In this document: in pieces, positions 7,568 to 16,907 of the stretch | Layout of the letters: each line of letters starts with the position of its first letter | Position numbering within the stretch: the stretch's first letter is position 1 | Assembly: GCA_964366085.1 (NCBI GenBank) | Contig: CAYISM010000002.1 | Location: 1-60,468, forward strand | DNA: 60,468 nucleotides | From: an uncultured Gammaproteobacteria bacterium | Lineage (GTDB): Bacteria; Patescibacteriota; Microgenomatia; UBA8517 | Direction of reading: 5' to 3' | Program-made: the position numbers and the translations under genes | Notes under the pieces: model-generated | The model's input: the letters and a program-made list of their open reading frames with translations, nothing else | The model's database searches: none | What the model was told of the DNA's origin: nothing

Positions 7568-7596
7568 AGTATCATATATCGATATATGATAGTCAA
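7568..7596 (-). promoter_or_regulatory. Putative promoter of the regulator gene (TTGACT-17-GATACT), with the spacer filled by the palindrome
   Basis: Minus strand reads TTGACTatcatatatcgatatatGATACTtaagtATG. The -10 box ends 5 nt before the ATG. Confidence 0.4.
7570..7591. promoter_or_regulatory. 22-bp perfect palindrome tATCATATATCGATATATGATa (putative autoregulatory operator)
   Basis: It lies 8 nt upstream of the regulator's ATG, between the predicted -35 and -10 boxes. Confidence 0.6.
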
Positions 7597-7776
7597 CTCG
7601 CCTTATTGCTTTATCCAATCCAATGAAGGAGTCTGTATAGAAGAGAAAATATATCTTTTCTTTGCCTTTTATAAATTTTTTCCAACCCCGCGTCTTCGTC
7701 AATACTTCCAACGCGATCTGGCTCACAGAGATACTTGAATCCAAATTTCTCGAAGGTTAAATTTATTTCTAGGAGT

Positions 7777-8517
7777 TTAACCTAAAGTATTTAGGCTCAT
7801 TCCGCCGTCAATTGTCAAAACCTCGCCGCACATTGCGTCATTTTTCACTAAGAAAAGTATACTGTCGGCAATCTCGTCTGGTTGAATCATACGTTTGATT
7901 AAGTGTTTTTGCCCCAATCTTTCCTGATCATCCAAGGTAAGCTCGCCCCACTGGGGGGTTACAACTTGTCCGGGAGCAACTGCGTTGACCAATATGTTGG
8001 GTGCAACAACTTTTGCCAAATTTTTAGTGTAACTATCAAGCGCAGCCTTCAAAGCAGAATATGCCGCCGTGTCACCTCTACCGAGTCCTAGCCTTCCATG
8101 AATAGACGAAACGAATATTATCTTACCTTTTTTCATCAACTCGAGAGCGTATTTGGTTACCAACACTTGCCCTAAAAGGTTACATTTAAAAACATTTTCA
8201 AAAGCTTCAATATTTGTAGGGCTATCATGACTGTCAAAAATCCCGGCATTATTTACCAAAACGTCTAAATGTTTATATCTATTTTTTATTTCAGAAAACA
8301 AGGATTTTACCTGATTCTCGTCCGTAATGTCTGCCCTTAAAATCACATTCCCTTTAGAATACTTATTACACTCATCAAGAACTTTTTGGGCCGATGTTAA
8401 GTCGGACTTGAAGTTTATAATTACAAAAGCACTTTCTTTGGCAAAACTAACAGCTGTTGCCCCCCCAATACCCTTGGAGGCCCCAGTTATAAGAACAGCT
8501 TTATCTTTCAGATTCAT
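7777..8517 (-). CDS. Short-chain dehydrogenase/reductase (FabG-like)
   Basis: 246 aa with TGASKGIG, NNAG and the YSALKAAL (YxxxK) motif. Confidence 0.88.
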   Translation of the reverse strand: MNLKDKAVLITGASKGIGGATAVSFAKESAFVIINFKSDLTSAQKVLDECNKYSKGNVILRADITDENQVKSLFSEIKNRYKHLDVLVNNAGIFDSHDSPTNIEAFENVFKCNLLGQVLVTKYALELMKKGKIIFVSSIHGRLGLGRGDTAAYSALKAALDSYTKNLAKVVAPNILVNAVAPGQVVTPQWGELTLDDQERLGQKHLIKRMIQPDEIADSILFLVKNDAMCGEVLTIDGGMSLNTLG

Positions 8518-8519
8518 GG

Positions 8520-8963
8520 TTAATTTTCAGAAGAAATTATTTTGGGCGGTTCGGGCTTAAATTCCGAATATTTCCACCACTTGGGAACGAATTTCAAAAG
8601 TACATCAGTTTTACTATCTTTCCATTTATCCATTCCCACAAACTTTTCGGCATATATTTTCCAGGCTTCATCAAGCTCTTTTTTATCTTTTATCAAATAA
8701 ATTTCTCCCTCCATTTGAAACTGCACCCACTCTTCCTCGCTAAAACCAATTACCAAAGATGCCGGATATTTCTTACCTTCCGTAAAATGCTTACACTTTC
8801 TACTTTCCCTCTCTGTCAAAAATACAAAAGACAGAGAATTTGCTGAAAAAGCGTAATGCATTGAGGCTGAATGGGGATTCCCGTTATCAAGAAGAGTAGT
8901 TAAAACAGAAATCCTGTGCTTTGCTGCAAAATCGATGACTTTTTTATTAACATTCATATCCAT
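8520..8963 (-). CDS. Pyridoxamine 5'-phosphate oxidase-like (FMN-binding split barrel) family protein
   Basis: MDMNVNKKVIDFAAKHRISVLTTLLDNGNPHSASMHYAF... resembles the PNPOx-like/general-stress-protein-26 family. The ATG at 8963 is preferred over the TTG at 9011. Confidence 0.55.
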   Translation of the reverse strand: MDMNVNKKVIDFAAKHRISVLTTLLDNGNPHSASMHYAFSANSLSFVFLTERESRKCKHFTEGKKYPASLVIGFSEEEWVQFQMEGEIYLIKDKKELDEAWKIYAEKFVGMDKWKDSKTDVLLKFVPKWWKYSEFKPEPPKIISSEN

Positions 8964-9013
8964 ATTATATACCCCTGTTTCTGAAATTAAAACCCATTTC
9001 TTAAAGGTCAACC

Positions 9014-10177
9014 TTAGTGGATTTTGCGAAGAAACGCCGGAATGTCGAACTTTTCTCCGAATTCATCCTCTTCTTGAGGACGCTCAAAAGAAGGCTCATC
9101 TGGAGATAACCTCTTTCTTTCGGGTTCTTCTTCATTTTTCGATCTTAACGGCGGTTCACTAACTACGCCCTGAACAATTGACTCATCCACAGGCTTATTC
9201 ATCTTGGCAAGACGCGAGCGGGTTTCATCAAATCCCGTTGCAATAACTGTAATTCTCACCTGGTCAATTAGTTCATCCTTAACTACGGCTCCAAAAATAA
9301 TGTTTGCGTCAGGATCGGCAGATGAGGAAATTATCCTGGCTGCCTCGTCTACCTCAAACATTGTCAAATCCTGCCCCCCCGCAATGTTAAATAAAACTCC
9401 GCGAGCTCCTTCTATCGAAAGATCAAGTAGCGGAGAAGAAATTGCCGCGCGGGCTGCCATTTGGGCTCTATTTTCACCAACCCCGGTGCCGATTCCAAGA
9501 AGAGCCGTTCCCGCTTCCTTCATTATGGCCTTAACGTCCGCAAAATCCACGTTAACAAGTCCCGGAGTTGTAATTATTTCGGCTATTCCTCCAACGGCTT
9601 GCGCCAAAACCGAATCCACCACCTTAAACGCCTCAACCAAAGTCATTTTCCTATCAATTACATCCATAAGTCTTTGATTCGGAATTACAATCAATGTGTC
9701 AACAAATTCTTTGAGCTTTTCTATTCCGTCATCAGCAACAACCATTCTTCTGGTTCCTTCAAAAGCAAAAGGCTTTGTCACAATCGCGACAGTTAAGGCT
9801 CCGGATTCTTTTGCAAGCTTTGCAATAACCGGAGAAGCTCCGGTTCCGGTTCCACCACCCATACCGGAAGTTATAAAAACCATGTCCGAATCGATCAAAA
9901 GTTCTTTTACTTTTTCCTGAGATTCTTCAGCAGCTTGAGATCCCATTTCGGGACTACCTCCTACCCCTAAACCTTTAGTGAGTTTTTCTCCTATTTGAAG
10001 TTTTGTAGGTACTTTATTCGCTAAAAGTACCTGGGCATCAGTATTTACTGCTATAAATTCTACTCCATTTACAGTACCGCTTTCGATCATTGAGGAAACT
10101 GCATTTCCTCCACCGCCGCCAAGACCAATTACTCTTATTTTAGCTATTCGTGCCGAATCCGGTTTAACAAGTGCCAT
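9014..10177 (-). CDS. ftsZ: Cell division GTPase FtsZ
   Basis: Contains GLGGGGGNAV and the GGGTGTG tubulin signature, with an acidic C-terminal tail ending DIPAFLRK. Confidence 0.97.
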   Translation of the reverse strand: MALVKPDSARIAKIRVIGLGGGGGNAVSSMIESGTVNGVEFIAVNTDAQVLLANKVPTKLQIGEKLTKGLGVGGSPEMGSQAAEESQEKVKELLIDSDMVFITSGMGGGTGTGASPVIAKLAKESGALTVAIVTKPFAFEGTRRMVVADDGIEKLKEFVDTLIVIPNQRLMDVIDRKMTLVEAFKVVDSVLAQAVGGIAEIITTPGLVNVDFADVKAIMKEAGTALLGIGTGVGENRAQMAARAAISSPLLDLSIEGARGVLFNIAGGQDLTMFEVDEAARIISSSADPDANIIFGAVVKDELIDQVRITVIATGFDETRSRLAKMNKPVDESIVQGVVSEPPLRSKNEEEPERKRLSPDEPSFERPQEEDEFGEKFDIPAFLRKIH

Positions 10178-10241
10178 AATTAAGAATTAACTTTTGTTGG
10201 CAGATTTTACAGTGGACAGTTTCTAATTACAAGTAGAGTGT

Positions 10242-11507
10242 TTATGGCAGGAGATTTTTAATACTTTCTATGAGCTTTCCAAATATTCCTTTCGTTGGTA
10301 GTTTTATCTTTCTGGCAAAAATTGTCAAGCCCTCTGAGGTTGGAGCTACCTTTGCTCCATACAAAATAAGTCCGATTGCCGTCGTGAATGCCGGGTTTAA
10401 AATATCGTCAACCAGTCCGGAAACTCCTCTGGGTTGACCAATCCTGACGGGGAGAGCCAGGACTCTTTTTGCGCAATCAACAGCCCCAATAGTCATTGCT
10501 CCGCCTCCGGTAATTACTGCGCCGGACGGAACACGAGCGTTAATTCCGGCTTTTTCCAGCTCAAGTCTAACCATTGTAAATATTTCATTTAATCTTGGTC
10601 TTATTATTCCTTCTATCAGGGTTTTTTTGGAAACCTTCTTCACCTCGCTTACTCCCAGTTCAGAAATGTCGATTTGGTCCGACTCTTCGGCACCTTTTTT
10701 CTTGCTTTCAGAAAGTACCAACTTTATTTTTTCCGCTCCCTCCAAGGAAACTCTGAGTCCTATTGCCAAGTCATTAGTAACATTTTTGGCTCCAATCGGA
10801 ATTACCCCCGAATATGCCAAACCTCCATCAATATACGCAACTACCGAGGTTGTACCTCCCCCAATATCTATAAGGACACAACCCAACTCTTTTTCGGTTG
10901 CCGTGATAGCCGCTTCTGCCGATGCAACTGCCGAAAAAACAATTCCCTCAATATCTATTCCCACCTCGTTTATTGCCTTTTTTAAATTTTTTATTGCTGC
11001 CGACGAAGCAGTTACAAGGTGTGTTTCAACTTCCAATCTTACCCCGGTCATCCCGATTGGATCCTTGACTCCCGATTCCCCATCAACAATAAATTCTCTT
11101 GGCAAAACATGGACAACTTCACGGGATGACGGAAGTGATACGGCACTCGCCGCTTCCATCGCCCTTGCCACGTCGTCGCTGCCTATTTCACCGTCCGGAT
11201 TTGAAATTGCTACAACGCCGTGAGAATTTTGAGAAAGAATATGCGCCCCACCGAGAGCTATAAATGCGCTGTCAATATTATAACCGGCCATTCTTTCGGC
11301 GGCTTCTACCGAAGAAACCGTTGCCTCAACTGTTTCTTCTATATCAACAATCTGGCCCTTTTTTACCCCTCTTGACTCCCCCGATGCCGCTCCTACTATG
11401 TTTATAGTACTTTCATAAGTTACAGGGTCGACTTGAACTTGAGCAATTAATGTACTAATTTTTGAAGATCCTACTTCTATGCTTGCTATTATTCTATTTT
11501 TTTTCAT
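10242..11507 (-). CDS. ftsA: Cell division protein FtsA
   Basis: 421 aa, actin-like ATPase (IEVGSSK, DIGGGTT). It sits immediately upstream of ftsZ. Confidence 0.95.
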   Translation of the reverse strand: MKKNRIIASIEVGSSKISTLIAQVQVDPVTYESTINIVGAASGESRGVKKGQIVDIEETVEATVSSVEAAERMAGYNIDSAFIALGGAHILSQNSHGVVAISNPDGEIGSDDVARAMEAASAVSLPSSREVVHVLPREFIVDGESGVKDPIGMTGVRLEVETHLVTASSAAIKNLKKAINEVGIDIEGIVFSAVASAEAAITATEKELGCVLIDIGGGTTSVVAYIDGGLAYSGVIPIGAKNVTNDLAIGLRVSLEGAEKIKLVLSESKKKGAEESDQIDISELGVSEVKKVSKKTLIEGIIRPRLNEIFTMVRLELEKAGINARVPSGAVITGGGAMTIGAVDCAKRVLALPVRIGQPRGVSGLVDDILNPAFTTAIGLILYGAKVAPTSEGLTIFARKIKLPTKGIFGKLIESIKNLLP

Positions 11508-11517
11508 ATCTGACTCC

Positions 11518-12216
11518 TTATTTAATTACAGGATTTTTGAATCTTAAATCAATTATCGCGACGTTCTTTCCATCTTCGATTTTAAGGCTTCCGTTCTCAT
11601 CCTTCAATCTGGAAATAATTAAGATAAGCGCCGAAACAAGCTTTTCTCTATCTCCTTCTAAAGGAAATATTACAGTTGGTCCGCTGGAAAGTTCAATTGA
11701 TAAACCATCGTTTTCAATCTTACCCTTTTGTACTTGGTAAATGTAGTACATATCTGCGATTATCTCAAGGGCAAATTGAGAAACATCCGATACTTTTTCT
11801 CCGACATTCGGCGGATTCTCGCTTGTCTCTAAAAACGGAAGAGCGTTAGAGAGCTCCACCGCCAAAACGTCCCCTTTGTTATCAACCAAAAAGAATGAAT
11901 CTGTCCCGACCTTTTTAAGAGCATATCTCGCCTTCTTCATCAAAACAGAAACTTTTAATTTATTGGGAAATCTAAAATGCGCGGAATAAGACAACGTAGA
12001 ACTTTCGTCTTTCAAAATTTCTTTTACGCTCATTTTTACCTCATAAAGGTTTTTTCCTTTTAATTTATCGAGTCTTGCCTCCAACCTTTTATTGCAAACC
12101 CCGTATTGGCTACTACAGTCAATTTCAGAAATATTAATAAGTCTGGGAAGAGCCAAAATTGTAAGAAGTACTAACGTAATTAAAAGAAAGACCAGTCCTA
12201 ACTTCAAATGTTTCAC
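11518..12216 (-). CDS. ftsQ: FtsQ/DivIB-like cell division protein
   Basis: 232 aa with a single N-terminal TM helix and an extracytoplasmic domain. It occupies the canonical position between murG and ftsA. Confidence 0.6.
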   Translation of the reverse strand: MKHLKLGLVFLLITLVLLTILALPRLINISEIDCSSQYGVCNKRLEARLDKLKGKNLYEVKMSVKEILKDESSTLSYSAHFRFPNKLKVSVLMKKARYALKKVGTDSFFLVDNKGDVLAVELSNALPFLETSENPPNVGEKVSDVSQFALEIIADMYYIYQVQKGKIENDGLSIELSSGPTVIFPLEGDREKLVSALILIISRLKDENGSLKIEDGKNVAIIDLRFKNPVIK

Positions 12217-13343
12217 TTTTCAAAATATTCCTCAATTAGTCCCACAAATTTGCCCGATGCATAAATGTCCGGATTGTCTTTAGTAACTTTTCTTACCATA
12301 TCGTTCCATTTGTTTTTAATTGTACTAACTTCGATCAAAAGAGCCTCGGGTGTTGCCTCTTCTTGATTAATTATCGTTGCTATTCCCATTTTTTCCGCGT
12401 ACTTGGCGTTTTTATTTTGTTCATCAAGGTACGACCAGGGAATTGGTATTAATATCGAGGGTCTTTTGGTTGCAATTATTTCCGATACCGTATTTGCTCC
12501 GGCTCTTCCGATTACAATATCCGAGCGTTTATATAGTCCGCCAATTTGCATTGGGTCAACAGTTGAGTAAATTTCATAATTTTTACTTAGAGTTTTGTCT
12601 AAAAAGACCTTTTTTCCGCTAAATTTATTAAAATCAAGTTGTCCGGTAATGTGGATTACGCAGTAGCTCCTAAGAAGTTTTTCTAAGATGGGCTCGATAA
12701 GGCTGTTAATGCGCTGCGATCCGCGCGAACCCGCAGTTACTAAAATTGTCGCAGGGTCTCCGATTTTCTCTTTAGGTAAAATCTCCCTTATGTTCGAAAG
12801 AAGGGGGTTACCTATAACTTTCGATTTTCCTTTGGGAAAATATCTTAGGCTTTTTTCTCTGGCAAGGGCGATTTTAGATGCAAAAAATGAGGAATACCGG
12901 TTTGCGCGTCCGGCAGTTGAAGTTTGTTCGTGAATAATGATGGGAATTCTTAAAATCCATCCGACGGTAACTACAGGGAAAGAAGCAAAACCTCCAAAAG
13001 ACACTATTAATTTGGGTCTAATTTCAAGAAGAATGAGGAGTGCATGAATAAATCCAATTGGAATTTTAATTAAAGAAGGGACTGTCCAAATCCCAAATCT
13101 TTTTTGAATTCTTCCCGCAATAATTGGGTGAAATTTAACATTTAATTTCGGGAAAATTTGGTACTCTAAAGTCGGAACGGATTTCCCCTCTATAGCCTTT
13201 GTTGCTCCTATCCAATGAATATCCCATTCAAAGTTCCCCCTTTTTCTTAATAACTGCTCAACTACCGAAATTGCGGTTGTTGCCGCGTGCCCGCCGGTTA
13301 AAACTATCTTTCTTTTTTCGGCAGTATCTTTAGTTTGTCGCAT
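12213..13343 (-). CDS. murG: Lipid II synthase MurG (UDP-GlcNAc transferase)
   Basis: Contains LTGGHAATTAISV and GRAGANTVSEIIATKRPSILIPIP. The ATG at 13343 is preferred over 13376 and overlaps the ftsW stop by 14 nt. Confidence 0.9.
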   Translation of the reverse strand: MRQTKDTAEKRKIVLTGGHAATTAISVVEQLLRKRGNFEWDIHWIGATKAIEGKSVPTLEYQIFPKLNVKFHPIIAGRIQKRFGIWTVPSLIKIPIGFIHALLILLEIRPKLIVSFGGFASFPVVTVGWILRIPIIIHEQTSTAGRANRYSSFFASKIALAREKSLRYFPKGKSKVIGNPLLSNIREILPKEKIGDPATILVTAGSRGSQRINSLIEPILEKLLRSYCVIHITGQLDFNKFSGKKVFLDKTLSKNYEIYSTVDPMQIGGLYKRSDIVIGRAGANTVSEIIATKRPSILIPIPWSYLDEQNKNAKYAEKMGIATIINQEEATPEALLIEVSTIKNKWNDMVRKVTKDNPDIYASGKFVGLIEEYFEK

Positions 13344-14421
13344 GTCTGGAAATATTAAGAAGTATACCAGTTGCAATTAAGATCATTGTCAAAGACGAGC
13401 CTCCATAAGAAATAAAGGGAAGCGGCACCCCTGTTAGCGGAACTAAAGAAGTCATTGAGGCGATATTAATAAAAGTCTGGCCTCCGATCCAGGTCACCAG
13501 TCCAATTGAAAGTATCTGGGAAAATTTATCCGGAGCATTTTTCGCAATCAACAGCCCTCTGAAAACAAAAACAGCGTAGGCAACGATAAGAGCGAAAGAC
13601 CCCAAAAATCCTATCTCCTCTGCGATAATTGCAAAGATAGAATCTGTTGCCGATTCCGGCAAAAAAAGGTATTTTTGTTTTGACTGACCCAAGCCTACCC
13701 CAAAAAGTCCTCCGGAGCCTAAAGCCAGAATAATTTGTCGGATATGGTAGGAGGAGCCTAGTGGATCGTGGGTACCTTTCAAAAAGGTAGTTAGTCTTTC
13801 TCTCCTATAAGGGGAAAATAAAACCAAAGGGATACCAGCTAAAAAAATTAAAACCGGAAGAATTGAAAAATAAAGTAAGTTTATTCCTGAAACAAAAATT
13901 TGGGCAAGGCCTATGCCAAGTACAATTATGGTTGTCCCAAGATCGGGTTGAAGCATAATGAGACCCGCGGTTAAAAATAAAGGGACAAACAAGGCAACCA
14001 GTTTTGATTTGGAAGAGATTACTTTAGCCAAATACAGGGCAAGTCCAAGTTTAACAAATTCGGACGGCTGGAACGATAAAGCTCCCAAATTAAGCCACCT
14101 TCTGGCCCCCAGAACTTTAGTTCCCAAAGACGGAACCAAGACCAGTAGGAGCGCGATCACACTAGCCACAAAAACCGGAATACTTATCTTTTGCCAAAAT
14201 GAATAATGAATTTTTGAAACAATAAACATTAAGACAATTCCTAAAAGTCCCCATAAAGCTTGTTGTTTTACAAAATAAAATCTGTCCGAAAAAGCGCTAA
14301 GGCCAGTCGGGGCCGATGCATCGGCAACCGCAATAAGGCCAACGATTGTAAGAGTTAAGGTAACCGTAAGAAGTGTCTTGTCGATCCTTTTGTGCTGTTT
14401 TTTAAGATTAGTCCTTCGCAT
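13330..14421 (-). CDS. ftsW: SEDS protein FtsW (dcw copy)
   Basis: 363 aa and polytopic, with LVPLTGVPLPFISYGGSS. It lies between mraY and murG. Confidence 0.9.
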   Translation of the reverse strand: MRRTNLKKQHKRIDKTLLTVTLTLTIVGLIAVADASAPTGLSAFSDRFYFVKQQALWGLLGIVLMFIVSKIHYSFWQKISIPVFVASVIALLLVLVPSLGTKVLGARRWLNLGALSFQPSEFVKLGLALYLAKVISSKSKLVALFVPLFLTAGLIMLQPDLGTTIIVLGIGLAQIFVSGINLLYFSILPVLIFLAGIPLVLFSPYRRERLTTFLKGTHDPLGSSYHIRQIILALGSGGLFGVGLGQSKQKYLFLPESATDSIFAIIAEEIGFLGSFALIVAYAVFVFRGLLIAKNAPDKFSQILSIGLVTWIGGQTFINIASMTSLVPLTGVPLPFISYGGSSLTMILIATGILLNISRHATN

Positions 14422-14443
14422 AATGTGAAGTGATTTTCGGAAA

Positions 14444-15499
14444 CTAAATTGTTGCTAACCATAATCCGAAAATTGCCAATATTACTCCGACAAGCCAGGC
14501 TCTCATTACAATCTTTGGCTCCTCCCAACCCATTGCCAAAAATGTGTGGTGGATGGGGGCAAGAGGAAAAATTGGCCTTTTTAAAACTCGCCATCCGAAA
14601 ATTTGGATTGCGGAGGAAGCTGCCTCTAGGGCAAATATGCCTCCTATGATAAATAGTGCCGCGATATTGCCCGTAAGAAGCCCAATCACAGCAATCATTG
14701 CACCAAATGACAATGCTCCGGCATCCCCCAGAAAAATTCTGGCCGGCCAAACATTGAAGTAAAGAAAGGAAATAATTGTTCCGATCCAAAGAGCAATAAA
14801 AATTGAAAGTGGGGTATCCAAATTTCCCGCGGCGATTATCCAAAAAGCAAAAAGGTAAATCATAAGAAGTCCCGAAGCAAGACCGTCAAGACCGTCCGTA
14901 ATATTAAACGCATTCGTAAAGAAAACGATTACAAAAGCTGCGAAGGGAATATACCAAAGCCCCATATCAATAACTTTATTAATAAATGGTATATGAACAA
15001 TTTGAATTCCCAAAAATTTATAAAGAGTAAAAGCAATAATTAAGGCCAAAATCCATTGCAGCGAAAATTTCTGAAACCTGCTCATCCCTATCCACATCCC
15101 CAGCGCTCCCTGCCGAGCCCTACCGAAAATTTTAATCAAATCGTCCGACAAGCCCAAAAGACCAAAGGAAATGAAAGTGAAAAATATAATCAAGAGTTCA
15201 TATTTTAAAGAATGACTTAGCTCGATAAATACTCCCAAGTAGGAAATTAAGGGGAAAATTGCAGAAAAAAGTAAAGTTACTATGGCAATCAGTAGTATCC
15301 CGCCACCCGTCGGCGTACCTGCTTTTTTATCGTGAAGTTTATCAAAAAGAGGAACTTTCCCTTTTTTTGGAGCTTCCTTTTGCCGAACAATATTTAGTTT
15401 ATAAAGAAAGTCTATGAATGGAACTACAAGAAGGCTTGAGATGGCAAATGCAAAGAGTAGTAATCCTAAAGCCAAAGGCAGATTAGCCGGAATATTCAT
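14444..15499 (-). CDS. mraY: Phospho-N-acetylmuramoyl-pentapeptide transferase MraY
   Basis: 351 aa with NAFNITDGLDGLA and the C-terminal PIHHTF motif. Confidence 0.95.
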   Translation of the reverse strand: MNIPANLPLALGLLLFAFAISSLLVVPFIDFLYKLNIVRQKEAPKKGKVPLFDKLHDKKAGTPTGGGILLIAIVTLLFSAIFPLISYLGVFIELSHSLKYELLIIFFTFISFGLLGLSDDLIKIFGRARQGALGMWIGMSRFQKFSLQWILALIIAFTLYKFLGIQIVHIPFINKVIDMGLWYIPFAAFVIVFFTNAFNITDGLDGLASGLLMIYLFAFWIIAAGNLDTPLSIFIALWIGTIISFLYFNVWPARIFLGDAGALSFGAMIAVIGLLTGNIAALFIIGGIFALEAASSAIQIFGWRVLKRPIFPLAPIHHTFLAMGWEEPKIVMRAWLVGVILAIFGLWLATI

Positions 15500-15510
15500 A
15501 TATTCATTTT

Positions 15511-15595
15511 ACTCGAGTTTGCAACTCTCGTAAATGATTATGATCCCCCAAAATGCTATTTAGAGTACAAATTGAGGTCTTTTGGGTATAATTAA
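15511..15595. repeat. Copy B of the ~88-bp repeated element, in the murF-mraY gap
   Basis: Aligns with 6579..6667. The small hairpin differs by a compensatory pair (GAATT/AATTC in A, GAGTT/AACTC in B). The CCCAAAA...TTTTGGG stem is conserved while its loop has diverged. Confidence 0.85.
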
Positions 15596-15604
15596 GTATC
15601 TTAA

Positions 15605-15634
15605 ATTATATGATACACCAAAATCCCCTGGCAA
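15605..15634 (-). promoter_or_regulatory. Putative internal dcw promoter upstream of mraY (TTGCCA-18-TATAAT)
   Basis: Minus strand reads TTGCCAggggattttggtgtatcaTATAAT. This would give a leader of about 95 nt containing repeat copy B. Confidence 0.4.
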
Positions 15635-15645
15635 TCGTGAAAATC

Positions 15646-16899
15646 TTATTTTAAGGTTTCAACAAGTTTTTCTAGTCCAATTGACCTTGATCCTTTAACC
15701 AAAACCACAGAATTTCTATTTATTAAACTTTTTACCGAATCGACTGCCGAGATGGAATCCTTTATCCAAAAACAATTATTTCTTTTCATTCTCTTGACGA
15801 CGATATTATAAGTGTACTTTGATGCTTTGCCTACGCATATTAACTTATCGATTTTTGAAGTTAAAATTAATCGGCCAATTTCCTGGTGAGACAATTTTTC
15901 TAACTTACCAAGCTCTAACATGTCCCCAAAGACAAAAATTCTCTCTCTTTCGCCAGGAAACGCCAAAAGTGTGGTAATAGCTTCAGCCGCAGCCGCAGGA
16001 TTGTTGTTGTATGAATCATCCAAAACTAAAGCACCCGATTTAAGTTTTATAACAGTCATTCTGTGCTCGGGCATTTCGTAATTTTCCAAACCCTTTTTTA
16101 TTTCACTATTTGAAAAGCCCAAAGTACTCGCCGCCGCCGAAGCCGCAAGAGCGTTTTCTACGAAATGCTTACCAAACACCGGCAACTGAATAGAAATTTT
16201 ACCCGAGCTGTTAACTAGAACAAATTTTGTTTTCAATTGATCGGTAAGCTGAATTCTTTCTGAGAAAACATCTCCTTTTTCGCCAAAGGTGACAAGTTTT
16301 GCCCTGATCCTTTTTGATATTTGATTGAAAAACTTATTATTTGTTCCGAGAATCGCTAAAGCATCTACCGGAAGGTACCTAACTAATTTTGACTTTTCTT
16401 TGGCAACCCCATCGAGCCCACCAAAATATTCCGTATGTGTCGGATGTATATTAATTATAATTCCAATATCCGGCCTCGCCAGCCACAGATAAAAATCCAT
16501 TTCTCCGGGGTATTCAACTCCCATTTCAAGAACTAAATATTTCGTAGTTGGCTTACAAGACAGAATTGTAGTTGGAATATTGTAAACCGGGTCTATATTC
16601 GCAAACGAGGCAACCGTTTCTCCCTTTTGTTCCAATATGGAAAAAATCATTTCCTTTGTGGAAGTTTTGCCTGTACTACCAGTGATCCCAACGATTTTTA
16701 GTCCGAAAAATTCCCGCAAGGATTTGATGTAATATTTAGAAATTCTTCTTTTAATGGGATGTACAATCCATTTGGCAAAATAGTCTCTCCAAATTTGATA
16801 AACATTTCCAGAATTGTCCTTCGAGGAGATAAGTATGTGCTCAAGTGGAAGCTTGGGAGTAACCCACCATCTAACTAAAGTCAAAAAATATTTGTTCAT
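15646..16899 (-). CDS. murF: UDP-MurNAc-tripeptide--D-Ala-D-Ala ligase MurF
   Basis: 417 aa with the GITGSTGKTSTKEM P-loop. The domain order and position next to mraY fit MurF. Confidence 0.88.
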   Translation of the reverse strand: MNKYFLTLVRWWVTPKLPLEHILISSKDNSGNVYQIWRDYFAKWIVHPIKRRISKYYIKSLREFFGLKIVGITGSTGKTSTKEMIFSILEQKGETVASFANIDPVYNIPTTILSCKPTTKYLVLEMGVEYPGEMDFYLWLARPDIGIIINIHPTHTEYFGGLDGVAKEKSKLVRYLPVDALAILGTNNKFFNQISKRIRAKLVTFGEKGDVFSERIQLTDQLKTKFVLVNSSGKISIQLPVFGKHFVENALAASAAASTLGFSNSEIKKGLENYEMPEHRMTVIKLKSGALVLDDSYNNNPAAAAEAITTLLAFPGERERIFVFGDMLELGKLEKLSHQEIGRLILTSKIDKLICVGKASKYTYNIVVKRMKRNNCFWIKDSISAVDSVKSLINRNSVVLVKGSRSIGLEKLVETLK

Positions 16900-16907
16900 T
16901 ATTTCCC

